Assembly (NCBI GenBank): GCA_963716365.1
Contig: OY970307.1
Location: forward strand, 2,969,682-3,033,681
DNA length: 64,000 nt
DNA from: Candidatus Dormiibacterota bacterium
Lineage (GTDB): Bacteria > Chloroflexota > Dormibacteria > Aeolococcales > Aeolococcaceae
Direction: 5' to 3'
Under the pieces are notes generated by a model, which saw nothing but the letters and a program-made list of their open reading frames with translations, made no database searches and had not been told where the DNA came from. Of this stretch, positions 41,325-51,506 are shown piece after piece (the first letter of the stretch is position 1; each line of letters opens with the position of its first letter). The position numbers and the translations under genes were made by a program.

Positions 41325-43559
41325 CTATCCCACCGCGATGATGGTCGCGTCCTCGTTGCTGAACACGACGTGGCCGAGCTGGAGGACCGCTGGGTTCTGA
41401 CTGCCGAGGAGAGCGTCGACGAACAGGTATCGCACGCCGTAGTCATGCGTCATGATCTTCAGGGCCTCGGTGTTCGCGTCGTCGAACACTTGGTCGTTCA
41501 AAAGCTGACGGTACGCAAACGTGGATCGCCGTCGGAGTCGAAATCCCAGGTGTGACACCGTCTCGAATGGGATCGTAGGCCTCGATGAAAATCTGCCGCT
41601 CCGAGAATGGCGCGTAGTAGTAGTACTTGGCATTCGTCCGCGCCTCGTCGATCCAGTGGTTGTTGACGGCAACACAGCATCCTGTGATGTGTGGTCGCGC
41701 AGCCAGTGCAGTGCCACGACGACTCCCGGCACGAGCACCGGCGTCGTCGTGGTTACGGGCACGCCGGATGTGATCTTGCGAACCGTTGGATACACGAGGA
41801 GCGGCGAGGTGAGCGCGGCAGGCCGCGATCAAGTGGGATCAGGCCCAACGCCAGCGCGCCTGTTCCGCGTGCCGTATCCGGCACGCAGCACGAGCGCGGA
41901 CAGGGCGAGAACGACCAAGGCCGCCGCGAACAAGACCGACGTACAGCTTCATCGTCGATTCCGGGGTGAAAACATCGTGCGAGGTGAATTTCACGACCCC
42001 GCAGAAGCAGGACGAGACACCCGTCGCGAACATGACGACGACGAACCGGCGCGAGACGGCGATCGCGCCGCCAAGATCCAGCCATGCCAGCCGCAGCCCC
42101 GCGGCGGCGACGAGAGCTCCGGCCACATACCCCATGTCCTCGAAGTACAGCTCGCTGTATGAGCTCTGATGCACGGCGCTGTGATCAGAATGCCGGCGAC
42201 GAGCATGCAGAGCGGCAACATCAGCGAGGCGATCTGCGGACGATGCCGGCGTCTGATCAGGTAGAGCGCACCCGCGAGCGGAAGCAGCACTCCGGCAAGC
42301 CCGGCCAGCATACGCGAACGGCAGCAGACGTCGACGCAGCAGAGCGTGATGAATCGTCTCCACGAAGAGCACGGGCGGCGTGGTCTTCAGCCACATGAGC
42401 GGCGTGAAGATCAGGTCCGGGGCCGACCCGCGTAGATGACGCGATAAGTGGCGACGAAGATCACGATGCCGAGCACCGCCGTCAGGAGCATGTTGAGCGG
42501 CACCGAGCGACGTATGAGGACGTGCACGACCACGTAGAGCACCGCACCGACGATGATCACCGGAAGGACGGTTGCCTTCGCGCCGGATGCGCCGATCATC
42601 AGCAGTGCCGATGAGCACCCATGAGCCCAATGTCGCTCCGGGCACGCCATGTGCTCGCTCGCATGCGCTCCGTGATCAGGTAGAGCAGGCCGAGGAAGAA
42701 CATCAAGCCGAACGGGAACGTCCAGCTGTCCCAGAGGTGAACGAACGCGTTGTCGCCGAACGGGCTGCCGTTCGAGCTTGCGATGAGGTCAAGCGGCCCC
42801 AGCAGGAACACGATGATGATGGCGACCGCTCCAGTCCACGCCGACCGGGTGAACAGGCGACCGAGCGCCAGCAGCTGACACGCGATGACAAGAATGCGTT
42901 GGCACGTAGTCGAGCCGGAGCGCGATGACCGGGATCGATACACCGGTCACGTTGCTCGCTGCGGCCATGTGGAAGAAGACGAACCACTCGTACGGCAACG
43001 GCACGCCGGAGAGGCCGGCGAGCGTCGGCGGCCAGTGCTGCGACACCTGGTTGATCAGCCCGAGGAAATACGGGAAGTCGATGTACTCAACCTGCACTGA
43101 GGCGCCAGGCAACGGCGCCTGCGGGACGAACATGATCGCGAGGTAGATGAGTCCGAGCGAGAGTGCCACCGCGACCGTCCACATGAGCGTCGTGGACATG
43201 CCGCTCGAGTCCGTATCCGTAGCGACGTCAGACCGTCGACGCCAGATCACGTAGCGCGCTCGGGACGATGACCACGATCGGGTAGAAGAAGAAGAGCCAA
43301 CGCGCTCCGATGACCGCGGTTGCGCTGAAGGCGAGAATCTCGAGCGCCTGACCGAGCGGCCAGCCGACCGCGACGCTGACGAGAAAGCGCGAGCGACGTC
43401 CGCGCACTGCCCAGAGCAGCGCGATGCCCGGGCAGCGCGACGAACACCAGGTCGTACGCGACGAACTTGATGATGTCGAGCGCGGAGACCCCGTGACGAG
43501 CCACCCACCAGAACGACGACGCCCACGAGCGTTGCAGGTGCGATCCCTCGGCGCATCAT
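41325..43559 (-). CDS. Large polytopic membrane protein, GT-C-like, paralog 3 (several apparent frameshifts)
   Basis: Fragments carry HWPPTLAGLSGVPLPYEWFVFFHMAA, FLLGPLDL, WDSWTF, GASGAKATVLPV, NHWID..KYYYYAPFSERQ, YGVRYLFVD. Confidence 0.72.
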
Positions 43560-43596
43560 CCGGGGGAGTATCGCCGATCCGCGCTTCGGGAAACTG

Positions 43597-45330
43597 TCAA
43601 CCGTTCAAGTCGCCCGGCGGCGCAATCGGGGCAATCCCGTCGAGGATCCCGGCGACGACGCGATCCAGTGCCGGATCCACTCTCGGGTCGAGGTCCGACG
43701 CGACTGTTGCGCGGATACGAGGCCGGCTGCGCCCGTCCTCAGTCACCGCATCGAGCACATTGTGAAATCTGAAGAAGAACAGCACCGCATACCGTCTCGC
43801 GAGCTCGCGTGATCGATCGCGCTCCGTCTCCGACGGCGGTGTCGCCAGGACTCGGTCCGCGGCCGCCCAGTATTCAGCGGCCGTCTCCGGGTCGATCGTG
43901 AATCCCCGTCCGCGGTAGTGCGTTGTCGCCGCAACGATGACGGGCACGCCGCGCGCCGCAAGCTCGAGTCCGACCGTCGACGTGTACACGAGGCCGAGCG
44001 TCGCAGTGTCCATGAGGACGTACGAGCTCGTGGGATCGTCGGCTTCGATCACCCTCACATTGGGCGGGAGCGATGGCACCTCCGCGCTGATGTGGTCGGC
44101 CATGCGCTCGCGCGTCGGATGGTTGCGCAGCTGCACCTCCGCAGGGTGGATGCGCACCACCAGGTCGATCTCGGGATGCGATTCGGCCCAGCGGATCCCC
44201 TCGGTCACCCAGGTGCCCATGGACGGAAATGCGAGATCGCGGCCCACCACAGCGCTGTCCCACAAGATATTGCAGAACATGACTACAAGTGGCCGTCCCG
44301 GTTCGAGGCGAAGCTCAGTGCGGATGCGGTCGAGATCCTCGACGCGAACTCGCCAGAAATTGTCGAGCGAGCCGCCGCCCTGGCGGCGATCACCGAGATA
44401 CGTGTCGATCGCCTCCGACTCGTGCTCGGTGAGCGGCATGTCGCGTGCGGCGGCCCATGCCGCTTCGGGCACCTCGAGACGCGATGCCGCGGCGCCCGGT
44501 GTCATCACGAGCCCGTCGTGGATGAACCCCTTCTCGTAGGTGCCGAACGCGATCCCGTGCTCGGTCGCCAGCGCGGCCATGATGCTCTCGGCGAAGAACG
44601 TGCCGTTGAGCATGAACACCCGCTGCGGTGCGGTCCGCCGCAGGATGTTGCGCAGGCCGCGCGCGACCACGATGCCGCTGACCAGGAACGAGCGGTACGT
44701 GGCAACGGTCTCCGGCGTGTCGTCGAGGCTTCCGCGCGAGAGAAACCACGCGACCGACACCCGAACGAGGTGCCCGAGCGGCAGTCCCTGGTCGACATAG
44801 GCCTCGCACTCGGCGATGGTGGACAGTCCCGCGACGCGCTCACGCGCGAGCTTCACTGTGACCCCCACATCGAGGACGTCGTGGAGCGCGACGCTGTCGA
44901 ATCCCGCTGCGCGGATTGCCCCTGAGGCGTATTCGCGGCACGAGTGGCACGGCATCGGTGGTGCCGCGTTCACCGGCATGACGTCGCAGATCGGGAGCCG
45001 GCCGCCGCAGTACGTGAAGATCGGCGCGCCACCGCGCCGAAGGACGGCATGGGCGAGCACGGTCTCGATCGCGAGGTGCGTCGACCATCCGCGCCAGCTC
45101 ATGAACAGCACCCGCTCAGCGCCGGGCTCGGGAGGGTCAGCGGTGCGCGCGATGGAGCGCAGCGCGTCCCACTCGGGCGGATCGAACGGTCGGGGAAGAC
45201 CGGTGATCCCCACCGCTTCCCGGCCCCTGCCCCAGACCTCGCGCATCCGCCGCTTCCAGCGCGGGTGAGTCCAGGCCCAGTCGAGCACGCGCCCGCGCAG
45301 GCCGCCGCTCTGCGGCCGTTCGTCGATCAC
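43597..45330 (-). CDS. Capsule-biosynthesis (KpsS-like) GT-B protein, candidate nonulosonate transferase
   Basis: NILWDSA, VRIHPAE, YTSTVGLELAARGVPVIV, HYRGRGFT. Confidence 0.65.
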   Translation of the reverse strand: MIDERPQSGGLRGRVLDWAWTHPRWKRRMREVWGRGREAVGITGLPRPFDPPEWDALRSIARTADPPEPGAERVLFMSWRGWSTHLAIETVLAHAVLRRGGAPIFTYCGGRLPICDVMPVNAAPPMPCHSCREYASGAIRAAGFDSVALHDVLDVGVTVKLARERVAGLSTIAECEAYVDQGLPLGHLVRVSVAWFLSRGSLDDTPETVATYRSFLVSGIVVARGLRNILRRTAPQRVFMLNGTFFAESIMAALATEHGIAFGTYEKGFIHDGLVMTPGAAASRLEVPEAAWAAARDMPLTEHESEAIDTYLGDRRQGGGSLDNFWRVRVEDLDRIRTELRLEPGRPLVVMFCNILWDSAVVGRDLAFPSMGTWVTEGIRWAESHPEIDLVVRIHPAEVQLRNHPTRERMADHISAEVPSLPPNVRVIEADDPTSSYVLMDTATLGLVYTSTVGLELAARGVPVIVAATTHYRGRGFTIDPETAAEYWAAADRVLATPPSETERDRSRELARRYAVLFFFRFHNVLDAVTEDGRSRPRIRATVASDLDPRVDPALDRVVAGILDGIAPIAPPGDLNG

Positions 45331-45401
45331 GTGTCCTCGCCCACCTCGCGGAACCTATCATCTGGGCGCATGCCGGATCCTCGGGCGACAGTCGTGGCGG
45401 A

Positions 45402-46481
45402 ATGACCGCCCGCGTCTACGGCAATCAGGAGTTCCGCATCGGGGACCGCCCGGTGGGACCGGGGCATCCCTGCTACGTGATCGCCGAAGCCGGTTCCAAC
45501 CACAATCGCGACCTGCCGACGGCACGACGATTGATCGAGGTCGCCGCCGAAGCTGGCGCCGATGCGGTCAAGTTCCAGACCTACACCGCCGAAGGGCTCT
45601 ACTCGCGGCAGACGCCGGATTTCGAGTATCTGAAGGAGAAGGATCTCCTCGCCAATCAGGAGTTCGTCTGGGAGCTCATCAAGCGTGTCGAGATGCCCTG
45701 GGAGTGGCACGCCGAGCTCGCCCGGTACTCCGCCGAATGCGGCATCACGTTCTTCTCGACCCCGTTCGAGGAGGCCGCCGTCGATGCCCTGGAGGCGGTC
45801 GGTGTGCCCGCGTACAAGATCGCGTCGTACGAGGTGAACCACTTCCCGCTGATCGAACGGGTCGCTGGAACCGGCAAGCCGATATTGATCTCCACCGGCA
45901 TGGCCTCCCTCGGTGACATCGAGCGAGCCCTCGACACTGCTGCAGCAGCCGGGGCACGCGATCTGCTCGTCATGCACTGTGCCGTCAACTACCCGCCGCG
46001 CTTCGAGAACCTGAACCTTCGGGCGATTACGACGATGCGTGACGCATTTCAGATCCCGGTCGGATGGTCGGACCACACTCCGGGCCATACCGCTGATGTC
46101 GTGGCCGTGACCCTCGGCGCGTGCGCCGTCGAGAAGCACTTCACGCTGAGCCGAAACCAGTCAGGCCCGGACCATCCCTTCGCGCTGGAGCCCTCGGAGC
46201 TCAAGGCCATGGTGACGGCCATTCGCGAGACGGAGGAGGCGCTGGGCTCCAGCGTGAAGCGCGTCACCGACGCCGAGGCCGACCTGTTCCGGCTGGGGCG
46301 CCGGAGCATCGTCGCGGCGCGGGATGTCCCCGCCGGAGGCGAACTCAAACGCGAGGATCTCGCGATCAAGCGCCCGGGATTCGGCATCCCTGTCGACGCC
46401 CTGGACCAGGTCGTCGGCAGGCACGTCGTCAAGGACCTGGTCGCGGACCAGGTGCTCGTGTGGGACGACCTGGTCCGCTGA
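45402..46481 (+). CDS. pseI: Nonulosonic acid synthase (NeuB/PseI family)
   Basis: IAEAGSNH, VKFQTY, STPF, KIASYE, STGMA, GWSDH, EKHFTL, C-terminal SAF domain (KRPG.GI); clustered with pseB/C/G. Confidence 0.85.
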   Translation: MTARVYGNQEFRIGDRPVGPGHPCYVIAEAGSNHNRDLPTARRLIEVAAEAGADAVKFQTYTAEGLYSRQTPDFEYLKEKDLLANQEFVWELIKRVEMPWEWHAELARYSAECGITFFSTPFEEAAVDALEAVGVPAYKIASYEVNHFPLIERVAGTGKPILISTGMASLGDIERALDTAAAAGARDLLVMHCAVNYPPRFENLNLRAITTMRDAFQIPVGWSDHTPGHTADVVAVTLGACAVEKHFTLSRNQSGPDHPFALEPSELKAMVTAIRETEEALGSSVKRVTDAEADLFRLGRRSIVAARDVPAGGELKREDLAIKRPGFGIPVDALDQVVGRHVVKDLVADQVLVWDDLVR

Positions 46482-46504
46482 CGAGCCCAGGACGCCCCGA
46501 GGCG

Positions 46505-46966
46505 ATGCTCACGCTGCGTGCAGCCACCTCAGGCGACGCTGCGTTGCTCCTCGCCTGGCGCAACGATCCCGAGGCCATTCGGTTCAGTGTCAGCGGCGCG
46601 GGCGTGACCCCCGAGGAGCACGCAAAGTGGCTCGCGCGACGCCTGGCCGATCCCGGCACGCATCTCTGGATCGCCGAGGAGCGTGGCACCCCGGTCGGAC
46701 AGGTCCGGGTCGATGTCGAAGGCGGCACGGGAACGGTCTCGATCGCCGTTGCTCCCGGAGAGCGCGGACGAGGGCTGGGGACGGCCGCGCTGCGGGCCAT
46801 GGCCGGCGAGGTCGAGAGCGATCCGGCCGTACTGACGCTCCGGGCGCTGGTCCACACCGACAACCCGGCGTCGGGGCGCGCGTTCGAGCTCGCCGGCTTC
46901 CATCGGCTGGAACGCCGCGAAGGCGAGTTCATCGTCCTCGAACGTGCGATGCGGACCCATCGGTGA
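46505..46966 (+). CDS. GNAT N-acetyltransferase (PseH-like)
   Basis: LLAWRNDP, EEHAKWL, GQVR, RGRGLG, NPAS..FE.AGF. Confidence 0.8.
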   Translation: MLTLRAATSGDAALLLAWRNDPEAIRFSVSGAGVTPEEHAKWLARRLADPGTHLWIAEERGTPVGQVRVDVEGGTGTVSIAVAPGERGRGLGTAALRAMAGEVESDPAVLTLRALVHTDNPASGRAFELAGFHRLERREGEFIVLERAMRTHR

Positions 46967-47027
46967 CGCGGCGCCATAATCAGCGCGGCACCGACTTTCG
47001 ACTCGTCCGCCATCCTGGGGAAGGAAC

Positions 47028-49014
47028 ATGAGCACTCGACCGCCGTCAGCACGTCCGCTTCGCAGCGAGGTCGCCCGAGCCGTCGCGACCCTGCGCACCG
47101 ACCCCGGCCTCCTGGGGATGAAGATCCGCCAGCGGTGGCGGCAGCGGAACCAGCAGCCCGAAGTCGCGCCGACGGGTGCGCCACGGCCGAGGATCGCGTC
47201 GATCGACCAGGCCATCGGCGACGTGGTGGTCCAGCTTCGGGAGACCCGCGTGCGTACCGGCATCGTCTACAGCGACACCGAGTTCCGGGATGCCCTCGGC
47301 GCCGCGGCCTCGGACGTGACGTGGACGTGGGTCTCCCACCGCGACGGCGATCTCCTCGCCGGCGCAGCGCTTCCGGCCTCCGTCGACATCGCCAAATTCG
47401 ACGCCGTCGTCGTGGGCGGGGCGGACGTCAAGACCGCGTATCTCAACGCGATGCGCTGGGTGGAGCGCAGCGGCTCCGTCACCCCCGTCTTCTGGGTTGG
47501 CCAGGGCTGGGAGTACTGCGGCTCGACGATTCCCATCCCCGCCGAGGTGGAAGCCGCCGACATCTACCTCTTCAACCACTTCGCCGACTTCTTCCCTATC
47601 AAAGACCCCCTCCTGGTACGGGTGACGAGCAGTGACGCTCGAAGCCATCACCAGCAGTTCGTGGTGATGCGCCCGCAGGCGACACGGCATTTCACGCTCG
47701 ACGAGCTCCTCCCGGAACGCGAGGGGACGGCGGTGATCGAGATACGCACGACGCATCCTGCGCTGACTGGGAATCGACACCCGCGCTGGCGGGTGTGGGC
47801 GGATCTCTTCTGGCGGGACTCGCTCACGAGCCTCCACGGTGCGCATGACTACGGACCCGACCACATCTGCGAATCGCGGCTTCCGGTCAGTGAGTTCAGC
47901 GGTGGGAGCCTCGTGCTGACGCTGCCGAACTATGACCACCAGTTGAGCGAGTTCGGACAGCGCGGTGCGCTGGACTCGCAGCGGCGAGAAGGGGTCGTTC
48001 GCTCGCGACGGCGCGCGGAGCATCGAGGAGATCACGGTACCGGGGAAGGCGAATGCCACGGAACCGTCGGGATTCTGGAGCTACCGGTACCAGGGACATG
48101 GCACCTCGTACTGGTTCGCGTTCGACGAAGGATCCGGCGACGTCCATCCATCGCTGCGCGGCAACCACGAGGTCACCATCGCGCAGGTCGAGCATCGCCC
48201 TCCACTTGCCGACGAGAAGAAGGCGTTCCTCGAGGCGATGGAGGAGCAGGGATTCCTGTTCTGGCCGCACGGGCTGCCGCTGCTCGACGAGACGTCGGAG
48301 ATCGAGTTCGGATGCTCGTTCGAGTTGGCGAACCCGCAGATCTCGGACTTCGTGACCGTGCTCTTCGACGCCGAGGGCAAAGTGCTCGCACGCCGGAACG
48401 TGTCGCTCCCCGTCCGCGGATACCACTACCGGGACGAGCTGCTTGCGGGATACGAGGCGCCCAAGGGGCGCACTCCCAGGCTCGCGCTCATCAGTCCCGA
48501 CTGGAAGGGCATGAACGTCGACCCGCAGCGCATCAACGCGTTCGGCAACCTGGTCGTGCGCAACAAGAAGACCGGCGATCGCGACATCACGGAGTTCCAG
48601 AGCTGCTGGCGGAATCTCAACGCCACGATCGACGGATTTCCGCACTGGCTGCACCCGAGCAAGGGCGTCGTGGGTCGCACCAACATCGTCGGCCACGTGC
48701 GTACCGCGCGCGGCCTTCGCACCGGCATCCTCGCCGTCAACGCCGCCGGCAACCTCGCTCACTCGGCGCACGCGACCGTCAAGGTCAAGCTCCACGCACC
48801 CTCGGGTGAGGAGCGCCTCGGAGCAGTCGAGCTCGACGCCTTCACGGGCAAGGTCACGTGGATCGATGAGCTCTTCGACGGTCTCGGCGACTTCCTCGGC
48901 CCAGGCGGCTATGGCACGGTGCTCGTGACCTGCGGGGACGCCGACGTCAACTGCCAGATCCTCACATGCTCAACGGCCGGCAGCGTGTCGCTCCAGCACA
49001 TGTGGGGGTACTGA
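47028..49014 (+). CDS. Large soluble hypothetical protein (~660 aa); apparent frameshift near 47955
   Basis: AAGGAA upstream of the ATG; coding-like composition in the 47028 frame to ~47950, then in the 47965 frame to ...SLQHMWGY. Confidence 0.65.
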
Positions 49015-49032
49015 GGGGCGGGGCAGAGCCGC

Positions 49033-50118
49033 GTGCCGTTGGTTAGAGGCACTCGTCAACGTGTGCGCGCGCTCGCGGAGTCCCGGCACCAGGCTCGCAG
49101 CCGGCAGGCGCCGCTTGACCCTGCCGGCGCGCTAGCGACCGCCCTCGCGGGGGGTGCGATCCACGCGATGGACGTGGGTGCTGCGGGCGGTGTCGCACCG
49201 CACTGGCGCGAGTACCTCGCGGTGATGGAGGTGGATTGCTTCGAGCCCGACGCGTCCGAGTGCGCTGCGCGTCAACGCGACTCACCGCCCAACATTCGGT
49301 GGTTCCCGGTGGCGCTTGCGGGGACGACCGGTCGTCGAAAGTTCTACGTGCTCAACCGCGCGACGGGATCATCGCTGTTTCCGCCGAACGATCCGGTCAT
49401 CCTCGAATACAGCGGACGCTCGTACGCGGGCGTGCGTCGCGTCATCGACGTCGACTGCATGTCGCTTGCCGACTTCCTCGCCGAGCACCAGCGTCCCGTG
49501 CCGGTGCTGATGAAGCTGGACACGCAGGGGACGGAGCTCGAGATCCTTTCGTCGCTGAGCGCAGCACAGCTCGAGAGCCTGACAGTCGTCGAGCTGGAGG
49601 TCGAGTTCCTCGAGCTCTACAAGGGCCAGCCCACCTTCGGTGACGTGCACGCCTTCATGCAGGGACAGGGCTTTCGCCTCCTGGACCTCCGCACCCACCG
49701 GTCGTATCGCAACGCGGAAGGTCAGCCGTATCACTACCTGCGCAAGTACCTCAACACGAGCGCGGGCAGCTCGGCACTGAGCGCGGAACTCGTTGCCGGC
49801 GATGCCCTGTACATTCGCGAATCGCGGGTGCAGGAACCCGCCGCGAGTGTGGCGGAGCTTGCGACGACGCTGTGTCTGCTGCGTCTCTACGGCTTCTACG
49901 ACCTTGCGTTCTGGCTGGTGGAGAAGGCTGCGCGCGAGTCAACCCTCAGCGCCACCGAGCGCCGAGCGTTTGCCGCGGACATCGCCCACGACGCGCCGCG
50001 ACCGAACCTTGCACAGCGAGCGGGCGTCGCGGGAGCCCTCACGCGACGGATCCTCTGGGCGCTCGGGTACGACGACTACGAGGCGTTCTGGACGAGGCGC
50101 AAGTGGCCGAACCAGTAA
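49033..50118 (+). CDS. FkbM family methyltransferase
   Basis: MDVGAAGG, FEPD, SSLFPPN, KLDTQGTELEIL, EVEF.ELYKGQP.F, GDALY. Confidence 0.88.
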   Translation: MPLVRGTRQRVRALAESRHQARSRQAPLDPAGALATALAGGAIHAMDVGAAGGVAPHWREYLAVMEVDCFEPDASECAARQRDSPPNIRWFPVALAGTTGRRKFYVLNRATGSSLFPPNDPVILEYSGRSYAGVRRVIDVDCMSLADFLAEHQRPVPVLMKLDTQGTELEILSSLSAAQLESLTVVELEVEFLELYKGQPTFGDVHAFMQGQGFRLLDLRTHRSYRNAEGQPYHYLRKYLNTSAGSSALSAELVAGDALYIRESRVQEPAASVAELATTLCLLRLYGFYDLAFWLVEKAARESTLSATERRAFAADIAHDAPRPNLAQRAGVAGALTRRILWALGYDDYEAFWTRRKWPNQ

Positions 50119-50138
50119 GGTCGAACGAGACCGGCTGA

Positions 50139-51506
50139 TCAGGGCTTGCCGGGGGCGTCTGCGTTCCGGAGCGTTGCGACAGCGGTCACGCGAGCTTCCC
50201 GGGCGCGCTTGCGTCTGACTCCGACGCGGCGCTGCTCGCCGGCGATAACGGCCACGGGCGCCGCGACCGTCCAGACCGTCTCGGCAGCGACCGATCGCGC
50301 GAGGTACCCGAGCGCATAGCGGCGCCGGCGCGCATCGAGCTCGTGGCGCCGGTCGGTCGCGCTCCACGCTCCCGCCACGGCTTCGAGGCGCCGCGCCACT
50401 CGCTCGGTTGCCTGGCCGTCGAGCGGTCCGAGCGCCTCCTCGGACCACGTGATGCAGTGCGAATCGCTGGCCGGAGCGCTGTCATCGATCATCGTCGTGA
50501 GCGAGTGGGGTGAGGTCGCGTGCCGCACACAGTCGCTCGGCGCCGCGTCGAACGGGATCAGTCCGTCGCGGTGGCGCTCGTACTCGTCTCCCCACGCGGC
50601 ATAGATGACCGTTCTGCGCGCTGCGACAGCCTCGTACAGCGCGGTAGTCTGAAAGCCGACGACGACATCGCAACCGAGAATGAGCTCGCGCGTGTCAGCG
50701 TCCTCATCTGCCAGTGTGACGGCGCGGCCGTAGTCGGCACCGGCAAGACGCGCGAGACGCGCCGCCTCGGCGCGCCGGTCCTGTTGCGGATGGCACTTGA
50801 CGACCAGCTCGCATGCGCCCGCGCGAACCTGCTCGATGAGCGCCGTCTCGGTTGCATCGCGCAGGGACTCCCAGGTTCGCAAGCCCTGGCCTCGTCCGGC
50901 GCCAGGGACATAGGCGTCGAGCGCGTATGTGAGATGCAGCACGCGCCGGCGAGCCGCTCCGCGCGGAGCGGATGCTGACGAGTAGACGTCGAAGCGCGGC
51001 TGTCCGGTCACCTCGATGCGTTCCGCGGCGGCGCCAGCTCGACGCCAGAACTCGCCTTGGCGCCCACTGCAGACGGTCATGAAGTCGGAGACAAACGGCG
51101 CCTCGACGCCGATCTCGAGGCTGAAGGTGTCCATCGTCGCCTGCGAGATGGTGGTCTCCTTTTGCACGACGACCACCGGAATGCCGAGCCGATGCGCCGC
51201 GGCCGGCAGCGTGCGCACGTAGAAGAACGTGTCCGACGGCAAGACGATGACGTCGAATGCGTGCTCGAGATACAGTCGTTCCACCTCGCGCGCAAGCCAG
51301 GCCGCGTAGCGTCCGCGCGCCGTTGCGATGTCGGGGTCGTTGTAGGGATGCAGGCCACGGGCGACCTGCGGTCCCATGAGGCGAACCGCGCGGCCACGGA
51401 GGCGCTGGTATGGAAAGCGCCGGAGCTCCAGTCCTGGGTGTGCCTCGAGCGCACGGAGATCCTGGTCGAAGAAGTGATCGAGCGCCAGGACGCGGGTTGC
51501 GCTCAT
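50139..51506 (-). CDS. GT-B-fold protein, candidate nonulosonate/glycerophosphate-type transferase
   Basis: VTGQPRFD, VKCHPQ, DVVVGFQTTALYEA, DGQATERVA. Confidence 0.6.
   Translation of the reverse strand: MSATRVLALDHFFDQDLRALEAHPGLELRRFPYQRLRGRAVRLMGPQVARGLHPYNDPDIATARGRYAAWLAREVERLYLEHAFDVIVLPSDTFFYVRTLPAAAHRLGIPVVVVQKETTISQATMDTFSLEIGVEAPFVSDFMTVCSGRQGEFWRRAGAAAERIEVTGQPRFDVYSSASAPRGAARRRVLHLTYALDAYVPGAGRGQGLRTWESLRDATETALIEQVRAGACELVVKCHPQQDRRAEAARLARLAGADYGRAVTLADEDADTRELILGCDVVVGFQTTALYEAVAARRTVIYAAWGDEYERHRDGLIPFDAAPSDCVRHATSPHSLTTMIDDSAPASDSHCITWSEEALGPLDGQATERVARRLEAVAGAWSATDRRHELDARRRRYALGYLARSVAAETVWTVAAPVAVIAGEQRRVGVRRKRAREARVTAVATLRNADAPGKP

Noticed and set aside
26537-41627. 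Recurring GTAGTAGTAGTA tracts (near 26540, 39355, 41615) as microsatellites
   Set aside because: They encode the conserved YYYY motif of the three paralogous membrane proteins.
24360-47960. Phase variation or programmed frameshifting in glycan genes
   Set aside because: Shifts are not at long homopolymer or microsatellite tracts or slippery heptamers; they are scattered single-base indels typical of long-read error.
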